A DNA stretch of 64,000 nt from Podarcis cretensis (Eukaryota): assembly GCA_951804945.1 (NCBI GenBank), contig OX638156.1:66402001-66466000 (forward strand), written 5' to 3'. Both the position numbers and the translations under genes were made by a program. Every line of letters starts with the position of its first letter. Position 1 is the stretch's first letter. Below, piece after piece: positions 13,138 to 24,674 of the stretch. The notes beneath the pieces were generated by a model, which did no database searches, was not told the origin of the DNA, and worked only from the letters and a program-made list of their open reading frames with translations.

Positions 13138-14092
13138 CATGGGAGGCAGGTCCAAATTTTGAAAATCAAGGCCCAGCAATCGTAGTTGCCAACACTTTAA
13201 CCTCCCTGGCTCTTCTGCCTTTAACAGCTGCTGTTTCTGCAGGCAGTAGCAGGTGACCATATTTGACCTCCCTGTAATTCTTAAAGTGAAAAGCAGGCCA
13301 GGGTTTCGTGATAGTTTTTCTGGTCAAATTGGCAATGCTGATGACTATTCCTCCATTGCCAATCAAGAGTCAGAACACTTTGGCTAAGATGTGCAGAAAA
13401 GGCAGTTCCCAACATTCTTTGTCATGCTCCAGAGTGACCAACGGACAGATCTTGGGGACAATGTACTGCATAGGAAGCTGCCTTAAACAGAGTGAAACCA
13501 ATTGGTCCATCTAGCTCAGTGTTGTATACACTGACTCACAGCGGCTCTCCAGGATTTAAGTCGGGGCAGGGGAGAGAGAAATCACCCTTTGTTCTGCCTT
13601 TGCACCCAGCATCTGAGTCTTTGGGTTGTCCATTGCTGGAGATGTACTGTCAAATGATAGCTTAGGCCAACCTCCAGATGTTGGACTGCAACTCCCATCA
13701 CTCCTTGCAGCAAGCATCACCAGGGATAACAGGAACTGTTCTCCTACAACATCTGGAGTGCCACAGATGTTTCCTACCACACCTACAGCAAACTTCCAGC
13801 AGCCCTGGTGCACTTAACTCCATTCCTATTTGTACAGGGCCCAGAGTTGGTTCCTTTTCCTTCCCACCCGATAATGAACCCAGTTTGGTTCTGAAGCATG
13901 CATACTCTGTGGCCAACAGAGCAGGCTGGCTTAGTCAAAGCAATGTGAATTGGAGGCCAGCTAGGGGAGACTATTGCAGTGTTGGTGGCACGTTGATTTG
14001 GGCCCCTTTGGCTAGGAAGCGAGTTTGGTTCACCTGAGCACGATTCCTTTTAACGCCTGGGAAATTCACAGATCCCCCCGTCAGGCAGCATC

Positions 14093-14310
14093 ATGCTGTC
14101 CATGACGTACAGCGGGAGCCTCCGGAGCGTGGCCAGTAGGTGCCATTCAGAGTGGGGGCTGCACCAGATCCAGCAGACGGACACGGTGGAACTGCAGAGG
14201 CTCAGGGATGTCCGGGTGGCAGCCCAGGCCAGAATCAGGGAGGAGTTCCTGCGGATGCACGGGCTATCCCTGGACGAGTGTACAGCGCAAACGACCGGCA
14301 TGAAGTATAG
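14093..14310 (+). CDS. KCNAB2: KCNAB2 alternative N-terminal coding exon A (MLSMTYSGSLRSVASRCHSEW...TTGMKY/R)
   Basis: 218 nt from ATG to AG|gtaagc donor (phase 2), in frame with exon 34432. Candidate acceptor cacag| at 14071 gives a 21-nt leader. Resembles the MLSMTYSESLRSV... N-terminus of the long human KCNAB2 isoform as recalled. Confidence 0.93.
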
Positions 14311-14565
14311 GTAAGCAAAAGCAACTTTCTAGAGGGGAGGGAGCCAGCATGCCAAGGGTGGGGAACTTTTTCTTGCAGGCCTAGAGCCTCACTCACAACT
14401 GCATAAGCTTCTAGGGGCCACGTGCAATGAAATAGTAGTAATAATAATGATATTTCTGTCCATCCTTTCTCCCAAGCTGTGATTCAAGGCAGTTTCCAAC
14501 ATTTAAAAGCAAGGTAGTTAAAAACAACAATTAAAATACATAATTTAGAACCAGCAGCCAAAGTA

Positions 14566-14808
14566 AAATGGTACCTTGGTACTCGAACAGCTTGGCTCCC
14601 GAACAAATCGACTCCCAAACGCCGCAAACCTGGAAGTAAGTGTTCCGGCTTGTGAACATTTTTCGGAAGCCGAACGTCCGATGTGGCTTCTGCCATGAGT
14701 CCAGGAAGCTCCTGCAGCCAATCGGAAGCCACGCCTTAGTTTTCGAACGGTTTTGGGAGTCGAACGGACTCCTGGAACAGATTAAGTTCGAGAACCAAGG
14801 TACCACTG
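14566..14808. mobile_element. Tigger/pogo-like MITE inside an L2-like 3' fragment (about 14440-15140, minus)
   Basis: TIRs ...TGGTACCTTGGTACTCGAAC / GTTCGAGAACCAAGGTACCACTG|TA. Confidence 0.8.
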
Positions 14809-15935
14809 TATAGCTTGTCCTGACGGCAGCCTAGTGATCAGCCATGCCTGCTCCTAAGTTTCCAAAAGCCTGTCTGAACAGGAAGGTCTTAGCCGACCAA
14901 TGGAAGGATAATGGAGAGGGAGCCAGTCGCACCTCTCTTGGAAGGGAATTCCACAAACTGAGTGTTCAGCCACAGAAAAGGCACTTTCCCTCTCTTGTGT
15001 CACTACCAGCCATGTCTCTGAAGTCAATGGGACCGAGAGAAGGTGCTCCCCATAGGATCTCAGCACATAAGAAGGCTTGTGTAGAGAGCTATAATCTTCC
15101 TGGTAGCCTGGTCCCAAGCCATATATGTAACCATAAGTGAGTGGGAAAGAGCAGGGAAAGAGAACACTGGAGGGCTGGGCATGAAGGAGAGGAAGAGTGC
15201 AGGGGGGGGGAGCTAAGGGATTATTTGACCTGGGCAGGAAAAGAGTGCTGGCGGAGGAAGAGGGCAGGGGGAACACCCCCTCCAGGTATCATACCAGGTA
15301 GGGTATCATCGCAGCCCCCCCCCAATGCGCACCACACGCTACCAGGATGCACACTGCACACCCCTCTGCACCGTGCGCCATGCACCACGCCCCCCGAGGG
15401 CAGCATGTCACACCCCTGGGGCACACGCCATGCCCCCGGGATGCGCGCCAGCCACATTCCCGCCTGTTCTCTGCCCCCGGTGTCAGTGCATGGAGCTCCG
15501 CCACTGGAGGAGAGTAAAAAACCTCCTGAAGTGTCAGAAGTAGCTACTATTCCACATTTTTCTCCCTTCTATCAGGCCACTTTTTTGAGGGGGGGGGTGA
15601 GGCTCTTTCAGCACCCCATGTTTTATAAACCACCTGCATATAATTTTATGGAATAAAGAATAAATGGAATGGAATGCCTCCTTACACCACAGGGCCCTAA
15701 CCTTGGTCTTAAGATGCGTGTCTGATCTCCTGTGTTCTCCTTTTTTAACGCCCGTTTAAAGGCGTTAGGGCAATCCCAAAGGAATCTGGAGATGGCATTT
15801 AGTCCGGTCTCCGATCCACTGAGCTGATAGGCTAAGTTACTGAAACGGAACACTAGCAGTGGCTTGGTCAACGGCAGGAAATCTCCGCCTGCCTTTTCTG
15901 GGCTCACGGTAGTCAAAAGGACCTGCCATCAAAAT

Positions 15936-15951
15936 GCCGCTAGATGGCGCT
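15936..15951 (+). promoter_or_regulatory. CTCF-like motif
   Basis: GCCGCTAGATGGCGCT closely matches the CTCF core CC(A/G)(C/G)YAG(A/G)(T/G)GGC(A/G)C and lies in non-repeat DNA. Confidence 0.55.
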
Positions 15952-16246
15952 CTCCTCCTTACACATCAGTGTGTCTGTGTATTTGCGTGTGGTAGGATTG
16001 ACATTTCTAGCAGCCAAGGCTCCTTTTAGGTCACCGCTTCCCAGGCTGTGGAGTCCACCCTGCAAGTGAGGCACACAGCCTGTGCAAGAGGTTCAGGGGC
16101 TTTATAAGTAAACCCCAAATGCCCTGCAGTCTGATGGCTGGTGTGCTTGCATTCCCACAAAACTAAAAAACGGTGAATAACTTCATCGGTACTATAAATA
16201 TTTCAACAAATTCCACATGAATAGGGGCATTTTTTGCTTGCAAACC

Positions 16247-16394
16247 NNNNNNNNNNNNNNNNNNNNNNNNNNNNNNNNNNNNNNNNNNNNNNNNNNNNNN
16301 NNNNNNNNNNNNNNNNNNNNNNNNNNNNNNNNNNNNNNNNNNNNNNNNNNNNNNNNNNNNNNNNNNNNNNNNNNNNNNNNNNNNNNNNNNNNNN
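16247..16394. other. Assembly gap (148 N)
   Basis: Run of N. Confidence 1.
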
Positions 16395-16684
16395 CCTGCC
16401 CATCTGGCTGGGTTTCCCCAGCCACTCTGGACAGCTTCCAGCAAAATAAATAGTTAAACCTACAGCTGAAATGCACAAAACCAGCAACTGCCAAAAACCT
16501 TAAGCTCCGGATTTCACGTGATAATAATTTGGTAGGTCACCAAGAAAATCTGGACTTGTCGTACTCAAAAGGCTTGGGGACCACTGCTTTTGGTGGTGTC
16601 TTATGCACATGGGAGATGGTTATGCTTCAGGGCTTAAAGAACAACTCGGTGACTACATGAGCAAGGCCCAATCCTGCGGCTGTA

Positions 16685-17492
16685 CAGTGGTACCTTGGGT
16701 TAAGTACCGTATTTTTCGCCCCATAGGACGCACTGCCCCAAAGGACGCACCTAGATTTGGGGGGGGGAATAAAGGGGAAAAAATTATTTCCCCCCCAGGC
16801 GCACGACTGGCGCGGGGGAAGCCTGAGCTTCCCCCGACCCCAGCCCCCAGAACAGGCTGCTGCCTGCAAGCCTTGAGAGCCCGGGGGGACCTCCCGCCGG
16901 GCGTGCGAGGCTTGCGGACATCTGCCCGAAGCACGGGGCGTGCTCCGCAGCGCGCCCCGTGCTTCAAGCTGCAGGGTGCCGCCCGCAAGCCTTGCGCACC
17001 CGGGGGAGTTCCCCTGGGCGCGCGAGCCTTGTGGACACCTGCGCGAAGCACGGGGCGTCCTCTGGAGGCGCCCCGTGCTCCATGCTGCAGGCTGAAGGGT
17101 CCCGCCGGGCGCGCAAGGCTTGCGGATAGTTTCCTGAAGCCTGGAGAGCGAGAGGGGACGGTGCGCACCAACGCCTCTCACTCTCCAGGCTTCAGCGAAA
17201 GCCTGCATTCGCCCCATAGGATGCACACACATTTCCCCTTCATTTTTGGAGGGGGAAAAGTGCATCCTATGGGGCGAAAAATACGGTACTTAATTCGTTC
17301 CGGAGGTCCTTTCTTAATCTGAAACTGTTCTTAACCTGAAGCACCACTTTAGCTAATGGGGCCTCCCGCTGCCACCGCACCACCAGAGCACGAATTCTGT
17401 TCTCATCCTGAAGCAAAGTTCTTAACCCGAGGTACAATTTCTGGGTTAGTGGAGTCTGTAACCTGAAGCATAAGTAACCCGAGGTACCACGG
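16685..17492. mobile_element. Tigger/pogo-like MITE (host of a nested insertion)
   Basis: TA|CAGTGGTACCTTGGGTTA ... TAACCCGAGGTACCACGG|TA. Confidence 0.85.
16707..17286. mobile_element. GC-rich Tc1/mariner MITE nested in the previous element
   Basis: TA|CCGTATTTTTCGCCCCATAGGACGCAC ... GTGCATCCTATGGGGCGAAAAATACGG|TA; internal GC-rich repeats. Confidence 0.9.
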
Positions 17493-18293
17493 TATATATA
17501 CATGTATACACACACACACATGCTTAAGAACATGAGAAGATCTCTGCAGCTTGATCAAAGTAAAGGCTCATTTCCTCCAGTACCCTGTTCCCATAGTGGT
17601 GAAATAGATGCCACAGGTTGCATTCATATTGTAATTTTCCACATTGCATTTAATCTGTCAAACAACATAAAAGCCGTTTCTGAAAATGGAATATAGTGCA
17701 TAATCAGCACTCATTTCAGGGAGTCCAGAAAAAAACAACCCATTTTTCTTAACCCAGAAAATCATGGCAATAAAGTGATGAAATTCGGGTTTCTATGCTG
17801 GCATACAGTTCTTTTCTGCTGTTTCCGTGGTGGAATCATGGAGGGAACACAGAGGGATGCATGTAAGGAAAGGGGAGCAAATAGCAACATTGTCCAAAGA
17901 TGTTTGTTGTCATACCACAGACACTGGTGTGAATGAAATTTAGCAAGACTTCTCGGTATATTGGTCAGAAAGCTACAATTCCATAGCAGGTACTGCAGAG
18001 TGAAAGGAATGTTAGAAAATGAGACGGAAGTGCTAGCATTATAATGAGGAAGGCTAATGCAATAATCCCCACATCTTAAAGCACCCCCAAAGGAAAACAA
18101 GCAAGCAGGAATGCAACAGTCCCCACTTGTGTTTACCAGGAACTAGTAATGCAGAAGCATCCTTCCTCTGATCCTCCAGGCAATACGCATCCATAGTGCC
18201 AAGTAGCCACTGATAGCCTTGTCCTACAGAAGTCTGCCTAATCTCCTTTCAAACCCATCAAATTGGGCAAACATTGCCACTACCACACCTTAT

Positions 18294-18652
18294 GGTAAGG
18301 TAAAGGTAAAGGGACCCCTGACCATTAGGTCCAGTCGTGACCGACTCTGGGGTTGCAGCGCTCATCTCACTTTATTGGCCGAGGGAGCCGGCGTACAGCT
18401 TCTGGGTCATGTGGCCAGCATGACTAAGCTGCTTCTGGCGAACCAGAGCAGCACACGGAAACGCCGTTTACCTTCCCGCCGGAGCGGTACCTATTTATCT
18501 ACTTGCACTTTGACGTGCTTTCGAACTGCTAGGTTGGCAGGAGCTGGGACTGAGCAATGGGAGCTCACCCCGTCGCGGGGATTTGAACCGCCGACCTTTT
18601 GATCGGCAAGTCCTAGGCTCTGTGGTTTAACCCACAGCGCCACCCGTGTCCC
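18294..18652 (-). mobile_element. Sauria SINE, full length
   Basis: Reverse complement of the same consensus, with ggtaaaggtaaaggg tail. Confidence 0.93.
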
Positions 18653-20641
18653 TACTTCTCCCTTAAGAGAGCTCAATTTGGAGCATCACAGAGACAGGAA
18701 AAGACATCACACCCACTGTGGAAGCCTTTTAGGAAACCAAAGTGTCCATAAACATCAAGAGATTTGGTGAAAATAGTTTGCTGGGTCTCTTCTCCTGAAC
18801 AGAAACAGAGACACTCCTCCTTGTGGCTTAGTGATTGGGGCAGGAAGGCTAGAAAAGCAAATCCCCGCTCTGAGGCTGCCAACCTGTGTGCGCAGACCCA
18901 GTGCAGCTTACATGTGGATTGGGTTGCACTGCGCATGGAGTGTTTTCACAGCTTTTGATCAGTGATGATTTGCACCTGGCAAAGCTGAATCTGAATCTCT
19001 TTACACCTGCAGCTTCTGTTTCCTAGCTGCAGCGCAGTCTTCCAAATTCCTTCCTTCACAGAGCGTTGTCTTTATTTTCCGCTTTCATTTTCCGCTGTCA
19101 CTACAAAACGTCACACAAAAATGCAACTTCATGTAGAGGCTTCGGAGCAGTTTGCCTGATCTCAGTAAACTCTGTATTATCCTGCATCGGTGCAGTACTG
19201 TTGCACAGATGCAAGTAAATCTGAAAGTGTGCCCTATTTCACAATTGCCTTGTGCACCCACACTGGCACTTTCAGAAAGTTACGGAATACTTAATGATAA
19301 TAAAGTTAATTCTAGTCTGGCTTTTCCTTGAGTTAGGAGCTGAGTCTCAAGAGCAGGTACTGCAGTTACCTCCAAAGTCCTGTGCCTTGGCCAAATGTCT
19401 CCCATTAAGCTTATTGTAGGCATTACAATACCATCCTTAAATAGAAGGGTCCACACGCCTGCCGGCTTGGTTATTAAAGATCCAAGATAAAGGAGGGCTG
19501 CTTCTTGGTAACAAAGCTTTCCCCTTTTGCTCATCTAGATTAGAGATCTTGTTAACCAAGGCCCTTTGTTACTGTATTACTGGCATGGCAGGTAAAAGGA
19601 ATCAGCCAGAACCTGAGTAGAGTCAGAATTTTTGGTTCTCCCTCTCCGAAGGCTCACCTGCCCTGGTTGAACACTGCGAGAATAGGATGCCAGACTAGAT
19701 GGGTCTTTGGCCTGACCCAGCAAGCTCTTCTGATTTTTTTAGGTAATACTTATGAATACCAGTTGCTGGAAGCCACAGGAAAGCAGAGTGCTTGTGGACT
19801 TCCCCATTGGGGCATCTGGTTGGCCACTGTGACAACAGGATGCTGGACTAGATGTATCCTTGGCCTGATCCAGCCTCTTCTGTCCTGTCATTTTCATTCT
19901 CCCTAGGTGGATGGTGCAATAATAATTCATGAAGATTTGCAAGTGCACTGTTGAACTCTGGCTCCTGTGGCTCATCCTGGTTCTAATCCCACCTCCGAAA
20001 TGGCAGTCCTTGTTTTTGAAAGGGCATTGCTTTCCTCCTCTGCCCACCCCTCCAGCCACACACTTCCTGAGAGCAGGATCTTTAACGAAGGCAGGGGCCC
20101 CAAATGCCAAGCGCTTGCTGTGATGCTAAGTTATTCAAAGCCCTGCTGCCTTTTCCACCCTTGGGTGCCTGCGTCCGGGAAGGATTGTTCAGCAAGCCGC
20201 CATCCTGCAGGCAAGGGCTGGCAATTTCCCTCCGCCCCAGGCCTTGTATGAGAGAAACCTGAGAGCCAAGATGCCCCGTCGAGTTGGCAGATCGACTTGG
20301 AGGGCGGGAGCAGCTGGCATCCCATGAATATTACATGCCCTTCCCTGCCCTGGCGCAGAGGGACCATGAATATTTCAAGTGCCTCTGTTTATTAGTTTTG
20401 ACGGATCGAAGAATGTTTGGGAGAGTGTCTGGTTACGCTCGCCTAATAAGGGTTGATATATTATTAATTTCTCCTGGGGCCTGCAAAGTCAGGCGGGGAG
20501 CTGGAAGTTCGTCAGGACCACCAAAACCTTTTAAAAAAAGTTGATAAACTAAAAACCAGATTAAAACACATATCAACAGCCTACTTGTCTGGGGAGATGC
20601 TGAATTGTACAGGCAACACTATGCAATTGTAGGCTCCTAGG

Positions 20642-20968
20642 TAAAAGGTAAAGGGACCCCTGACCATTAGGTCCAGTTGTGGCCGACTCTGGGGTTGCAG
20701 CGCTCATCTCGCTTTACTGGCAGAGGGAGCCGGCGTACAGCTTCCGGGTCATGTGGCCAGCACGACTAAGCCGCTTCTGGTGAACCAGAGCAGCGCACGG
20801 AAACACCGTTTACCTTCCCACCGGAGCGGTACCTATTTATCTACTTGCACTTTGACGTGCTTTCAAACTGCTAGGTTGGCAGGAGCAGGGACCAAGCAAA
20901 GGGAGCTCACCCCGTCGCGGGGATTCGAACCGCCAACCTTCTGATCGGCAAGCCTTAGGCTCTGTGGT
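20642..20968 (-). mobile_element. Sauria SINE, 5'-truncated
   Basis: TSD TAGGCTCCTAGG at 20630-20641 and 20969-20980. Confidence 0.92.
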
Positions 20969-22752
20969 TAGGCTCCTAGGAGATGCTCCCAAAGACATCA
21001 AGCTATCTTCCACTGTGTCTGGCCACTGGTCCATCTAGCCCAGTGTTGTCGACATAGACTAGCAGTGGCTTTCCTGGGTTCCAGGCAGGGAATGTTCCCA
21101 CTGAGTCATGGCACTTCCTGGAGCAAGGGCACACCTCAACCCCCAAAGAAAGCAGGACTTAATTTGTGCAGAGCCTTCGAAGTGCATGCTGGGTTTTGGA
21201 AAACGGTAAAGCAAGAGATGCAATTCTGATCAAAGATTAGAAATCCTTGCCGGAGAGCTTAATTTAAACCCCACAAATGAAAACAAAATCCAAATGAGGG
21301 AAATGGATGGGGTTAAGGGAAGCAATTTCCCACTGATGAATTTCAATGGCTGAATCAGCCACCGTCAACCCTGGGTGTGTTACAGGCATGGTGTCGGATG
21401 AGCTCAAATGCTTGCGTTTCTGCTCCCACGGAAAAGAACTAGTTGCATAAAAGAGTTATGTTTCTTCCTGAGACTATAGAAAGGAATGAGGTACCATATT
21501 TTCTGTGCATAAGACGTCCCCTATTTTTTTAACCCAAAATTAAGAAATTAAGTTATTTAGCTTTGGGGGTGGGTGGGAGATGTCACTTCCACCAATCGCT
21601 TGCTCGCCACTGCGCATTGCTTGAGAGGCAGCCACTCAGAACACCTCTTTGCTGTCCTACCTCAGCCCTTAGATGGGAAGAGGCCTGTTCTAGTCCATAT
21701 AGTGATTGCAACCAGATGGGGAATTCAGCACCACAAACAGCTCCACATGGCACTACAGCTAGAGAGACCTTTGAATGTTGATACACCACCAGACAAACTT
21801 TTCGTTTAGGAGATTTTAACAGGGCCACAGCTTACTCTGGTTGGCCAGCTTCATCTCTGCTGCAAGAAACCCAGTTGTTAAAAGTTTTGCCAACCATTGG
21901 CTCCCAACAGAATCGGGGAGACCATGGCTCTGTTGTGATGTCCAGGCTAGAGCCTTAAAACTCTTAAGGATGGCAACACAATTCCCCCAGGGTGGAAAGG
22001 TGGTGACAAGGTGAGCTCCCTGTGCACTGCACATTCTGGGGAAATGAGGTCATCGAGGGTTGGAAATGGCTCCGTCATCTCAGTGTCAGAGGCAGGAGGG
22101 TGTGATTGGCAGAGAGTGGACTGAAGTTAGTGGGGCAGTGCTCAGTTCACCCTAATGGTGCCAGTCTCTACTGTGCTCAAGTATGACCTTGTCTAGACCC
22201 GCGTCTTACAATGTTGGGGCCCCTCGGCCACCTTAGCCAATGGTCAGGAATGAGGCACACTGTCGTTCAGCAGCCTCTAGAGGGAGCTAGATTGATCACC
22301 TCTGTTCTAGATGCTACATTTGCCTGGGGGATCCCCATGGCAAATATTACACAGAAACACACTCATTGGTTGGACTACTTGAAGTAAGGTGCTGGGCAAA
22401 TCCTGCCTTCTTGCTTCTTTCTGTATCTACATATAATCAAAAGCTAAAGGTTTTGCTTTTTTGTTTTCTTCTTCCTCGACTTTTGATCAACCTAGGGCCT
22501 TCCAGAGATTGCTGAACTACAGCGTCCATTGGTCACCAGCCAGGGCTCCTCCCTCCTCCTTTTGAACAACCCCCACTTCCACGCAAACCAGTTTGAAGCC
22601 ACCACCCACTCCTCTTATTCACACCCTTTCATGCCCCTGCCTTCATCTTCAACTCTTTGCTGATGTCATGCAAATCCAGGATTGTTAATGAAGCACTACA
22701 GTTCCTCCAATGTGGGTTGTATGATGGTAGACCGACACACACACATATGGGG

Positions 22753-22801
<49 letters not shown>

Positions 22802-22806
22802 TAGAT
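22753..22806. repeat. (GATA)n microsatellite
   Basis: Seen directly. Confidence 0.98.
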
Positions 22807-23249
22807 TGATCTGGTTCCTGTCTTTCCTTTGCTCCAGACCAGCTAGTCTTTGAATCCATGGAATATTTTCCCCTGCCACTGCTTGCCCCAGAGATCCAAA
22901 GAGCAGCTGTTCCTTTTCACAACTGCCTCACCTATGAGCCTGCAGGATCACCATCCCTTCTTCTTTCAGGAGCATGGAGGTCTTTGTGGATTGGGTTTTT
23001 TTGTGTGTGTTTTTAAGAGTTTCCCCAAATTGAATTGAGTGCTGCAATCAGGAGCTGAAGTAAATCTGGATTACGTTGGCTATATGGATTAAGGAGCTTG
23101 CAAGCAGAAGGGAGGAAACGCCAGGCGTTTGGTGATCACTGAATCTTATATAAAATGGTTAATGAATCTGTGCTGGAAGAAGGTGGTGTGGGCTTAGGAG
23201 AGATCAGAGATGCTGAGATGGCCTCTCTGACCCTAGAATCACCTGGCTA

Positions 23250-23800
23250 GTTTGGCGTGCCAGACTAGGACTTGGGAGACCAGGGTTCAAATCCCCACTC
23301 AGCCACAGATGTCTCACCAGATGACTTTGGGCCAATCACAGCCTCTCAACTTAACCTACCTCACAGGGTCATTGTGATGATTAAATGACAATGGGGAGAA
23401 CCACATACCATATTTTTTGCTCCATAAGACACACTTTTTTCTTCCTAAAAAGTAAGGGGAAATGTCTGTGCATCTTATGAAGTGAATGCTGCACGGAGGA
23501 GGGATGTGTAAGCGGCTCCTGTCTGCTTTGCTGCTTTAAAGCAAGCCACAGAGGGGGGGACGGATGGGAACCATGGCTCCCCTTCCTTCCCTCCTCCGTG
23601 GCTCGCTTTAAAGCAGCAAAGTGGACAGGAACCGCCCGCTTTGCTGCTTTAAATAGTTTAGTACAACATTTGATTCAGAATATTTTTTTGTGTGTTTTCC
23701 TCCTCTAAAAACTAGGTGCGTCTTATGGAGCGAAAAATACGGTATATGCCACCTTGAGCTCCTTCGAGGGAAAGGTGGGGTGTGAATGCAATGAATGAAA
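23250..23800 (+). mobile_element. Older Squam3/CORE-like SINE interrupted by a Tc1/mariner MITE
   Basis: ggactagga...gggttcaaatccccactcagcc...acctacctcacaggg...gccaccttgagctcc. Related copies at about 8140-8330(-), 33520-33975(-), 37110-37305(+), 41970-42160(+), 53600-53728(+). Confidence 0.75.
23408..23742. mobile_element. Tc1/mariner-type MITE
   Basis: TIRs CCATATTTTTTGCTCCATAAGAC / GTCTTATGGAGCGAAAAATACGG with TA duplication. Confidence 0.85.
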
Positions 23801-24375
23801 TGAAAAACATGCAGCATTGACTAACTTTTTCAGGACCGAAAAGCCTGGGTGAAACCTTGGGGGTGTTGGTGTTGGTGTTGGTGTTGGGGAGAATTCCATA
23901 AAGACAAGGAGAAAAACAGAAGGGGCAGGTTCTTCAAATGCCTCCTTCCCTCGCCCCCCCCTCCTGCCCCGTCATTCCTTCTCAGAGAAGAGCCAAGGCA
24001 CCAGAATAAACTCTCTGTGTCAGCTCATGCCCCGGAGGCAGAACGGGGCAGGAGCAACTTGCCGTGTGCTAATTCATCCTTGTGTGGGCGTTGCGCATGG
24101 CAGGCGCAGAGCGCTGCTTAACAGCGCAGAGAAATGTCCCTCTGCAGCAGAGATCCCAATGCACAGAGGCTCGTTTTGCTAAGCAAGGCGATCTTTACCC
24201 CTTGCTTCTCCCTTGATGCCTTTGCCTTCGACAATGCCCCCCCCCCACCGCGGCTCTGTGCCTTCTCCAGAATGCTAGATGGGTTCCTCCTGCTGCGCCC
24301 AGCAGCGACAAAGCACGTCCATGTTTGGGCATCCCACAATAATAACGGGCTCCCTCTCGAAGAGGAGCCAAAGGC

Positions 24376-24674
24376 CAGGGGTCAGCAAACTTTTTCAGCA
24401 GGGGGCCAGTCCACTGTCCCTCAGAGCTTGTGGGGGGCTGGACTATATATTTTTTTGGGTGGGGGATGAACGAATTCCTATGCCCCACAAATAACCCAGA
24501 GATGCATTTTAAATAAAAGCACACATTCTACTCATGTAAAAACACCAGGCAGGCCCCACACATAAACCAGAGATGCATTTTAAATAAAAGGACACATTAT
24601 ACTCATGTAAAAACACGCTAATTCCCAGACTGCCCGCGGGCCGGATTGAGAAGGCCTTAGTTTGCCTACCTATG
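24376..24674 (+). mobile_element. hAT MITE, same family as 4185
   Basis: Shared cccacaaataacccagagatgcattttaaataaaag core and termini. Confidence 0.85.

Noticed and set aside
16163-16494. ORFs spanning the N run
   Set aside because: Artefacts of the assembly gap.
16603-17322. 239/212/172 aa ORFs
   Set aside because: Products of a GC-rich MITE interior; no transposase or other domain motifs.
19420-19600. CYCITGMA followed by |gtaaaa, resembling a Kvb1.3-like exon end (VCTTGMPHR)
   Set aside because: Donor is phase 1 rather than 2, there is no upstream in-frame ATG before a stop, and there is no other similarity.
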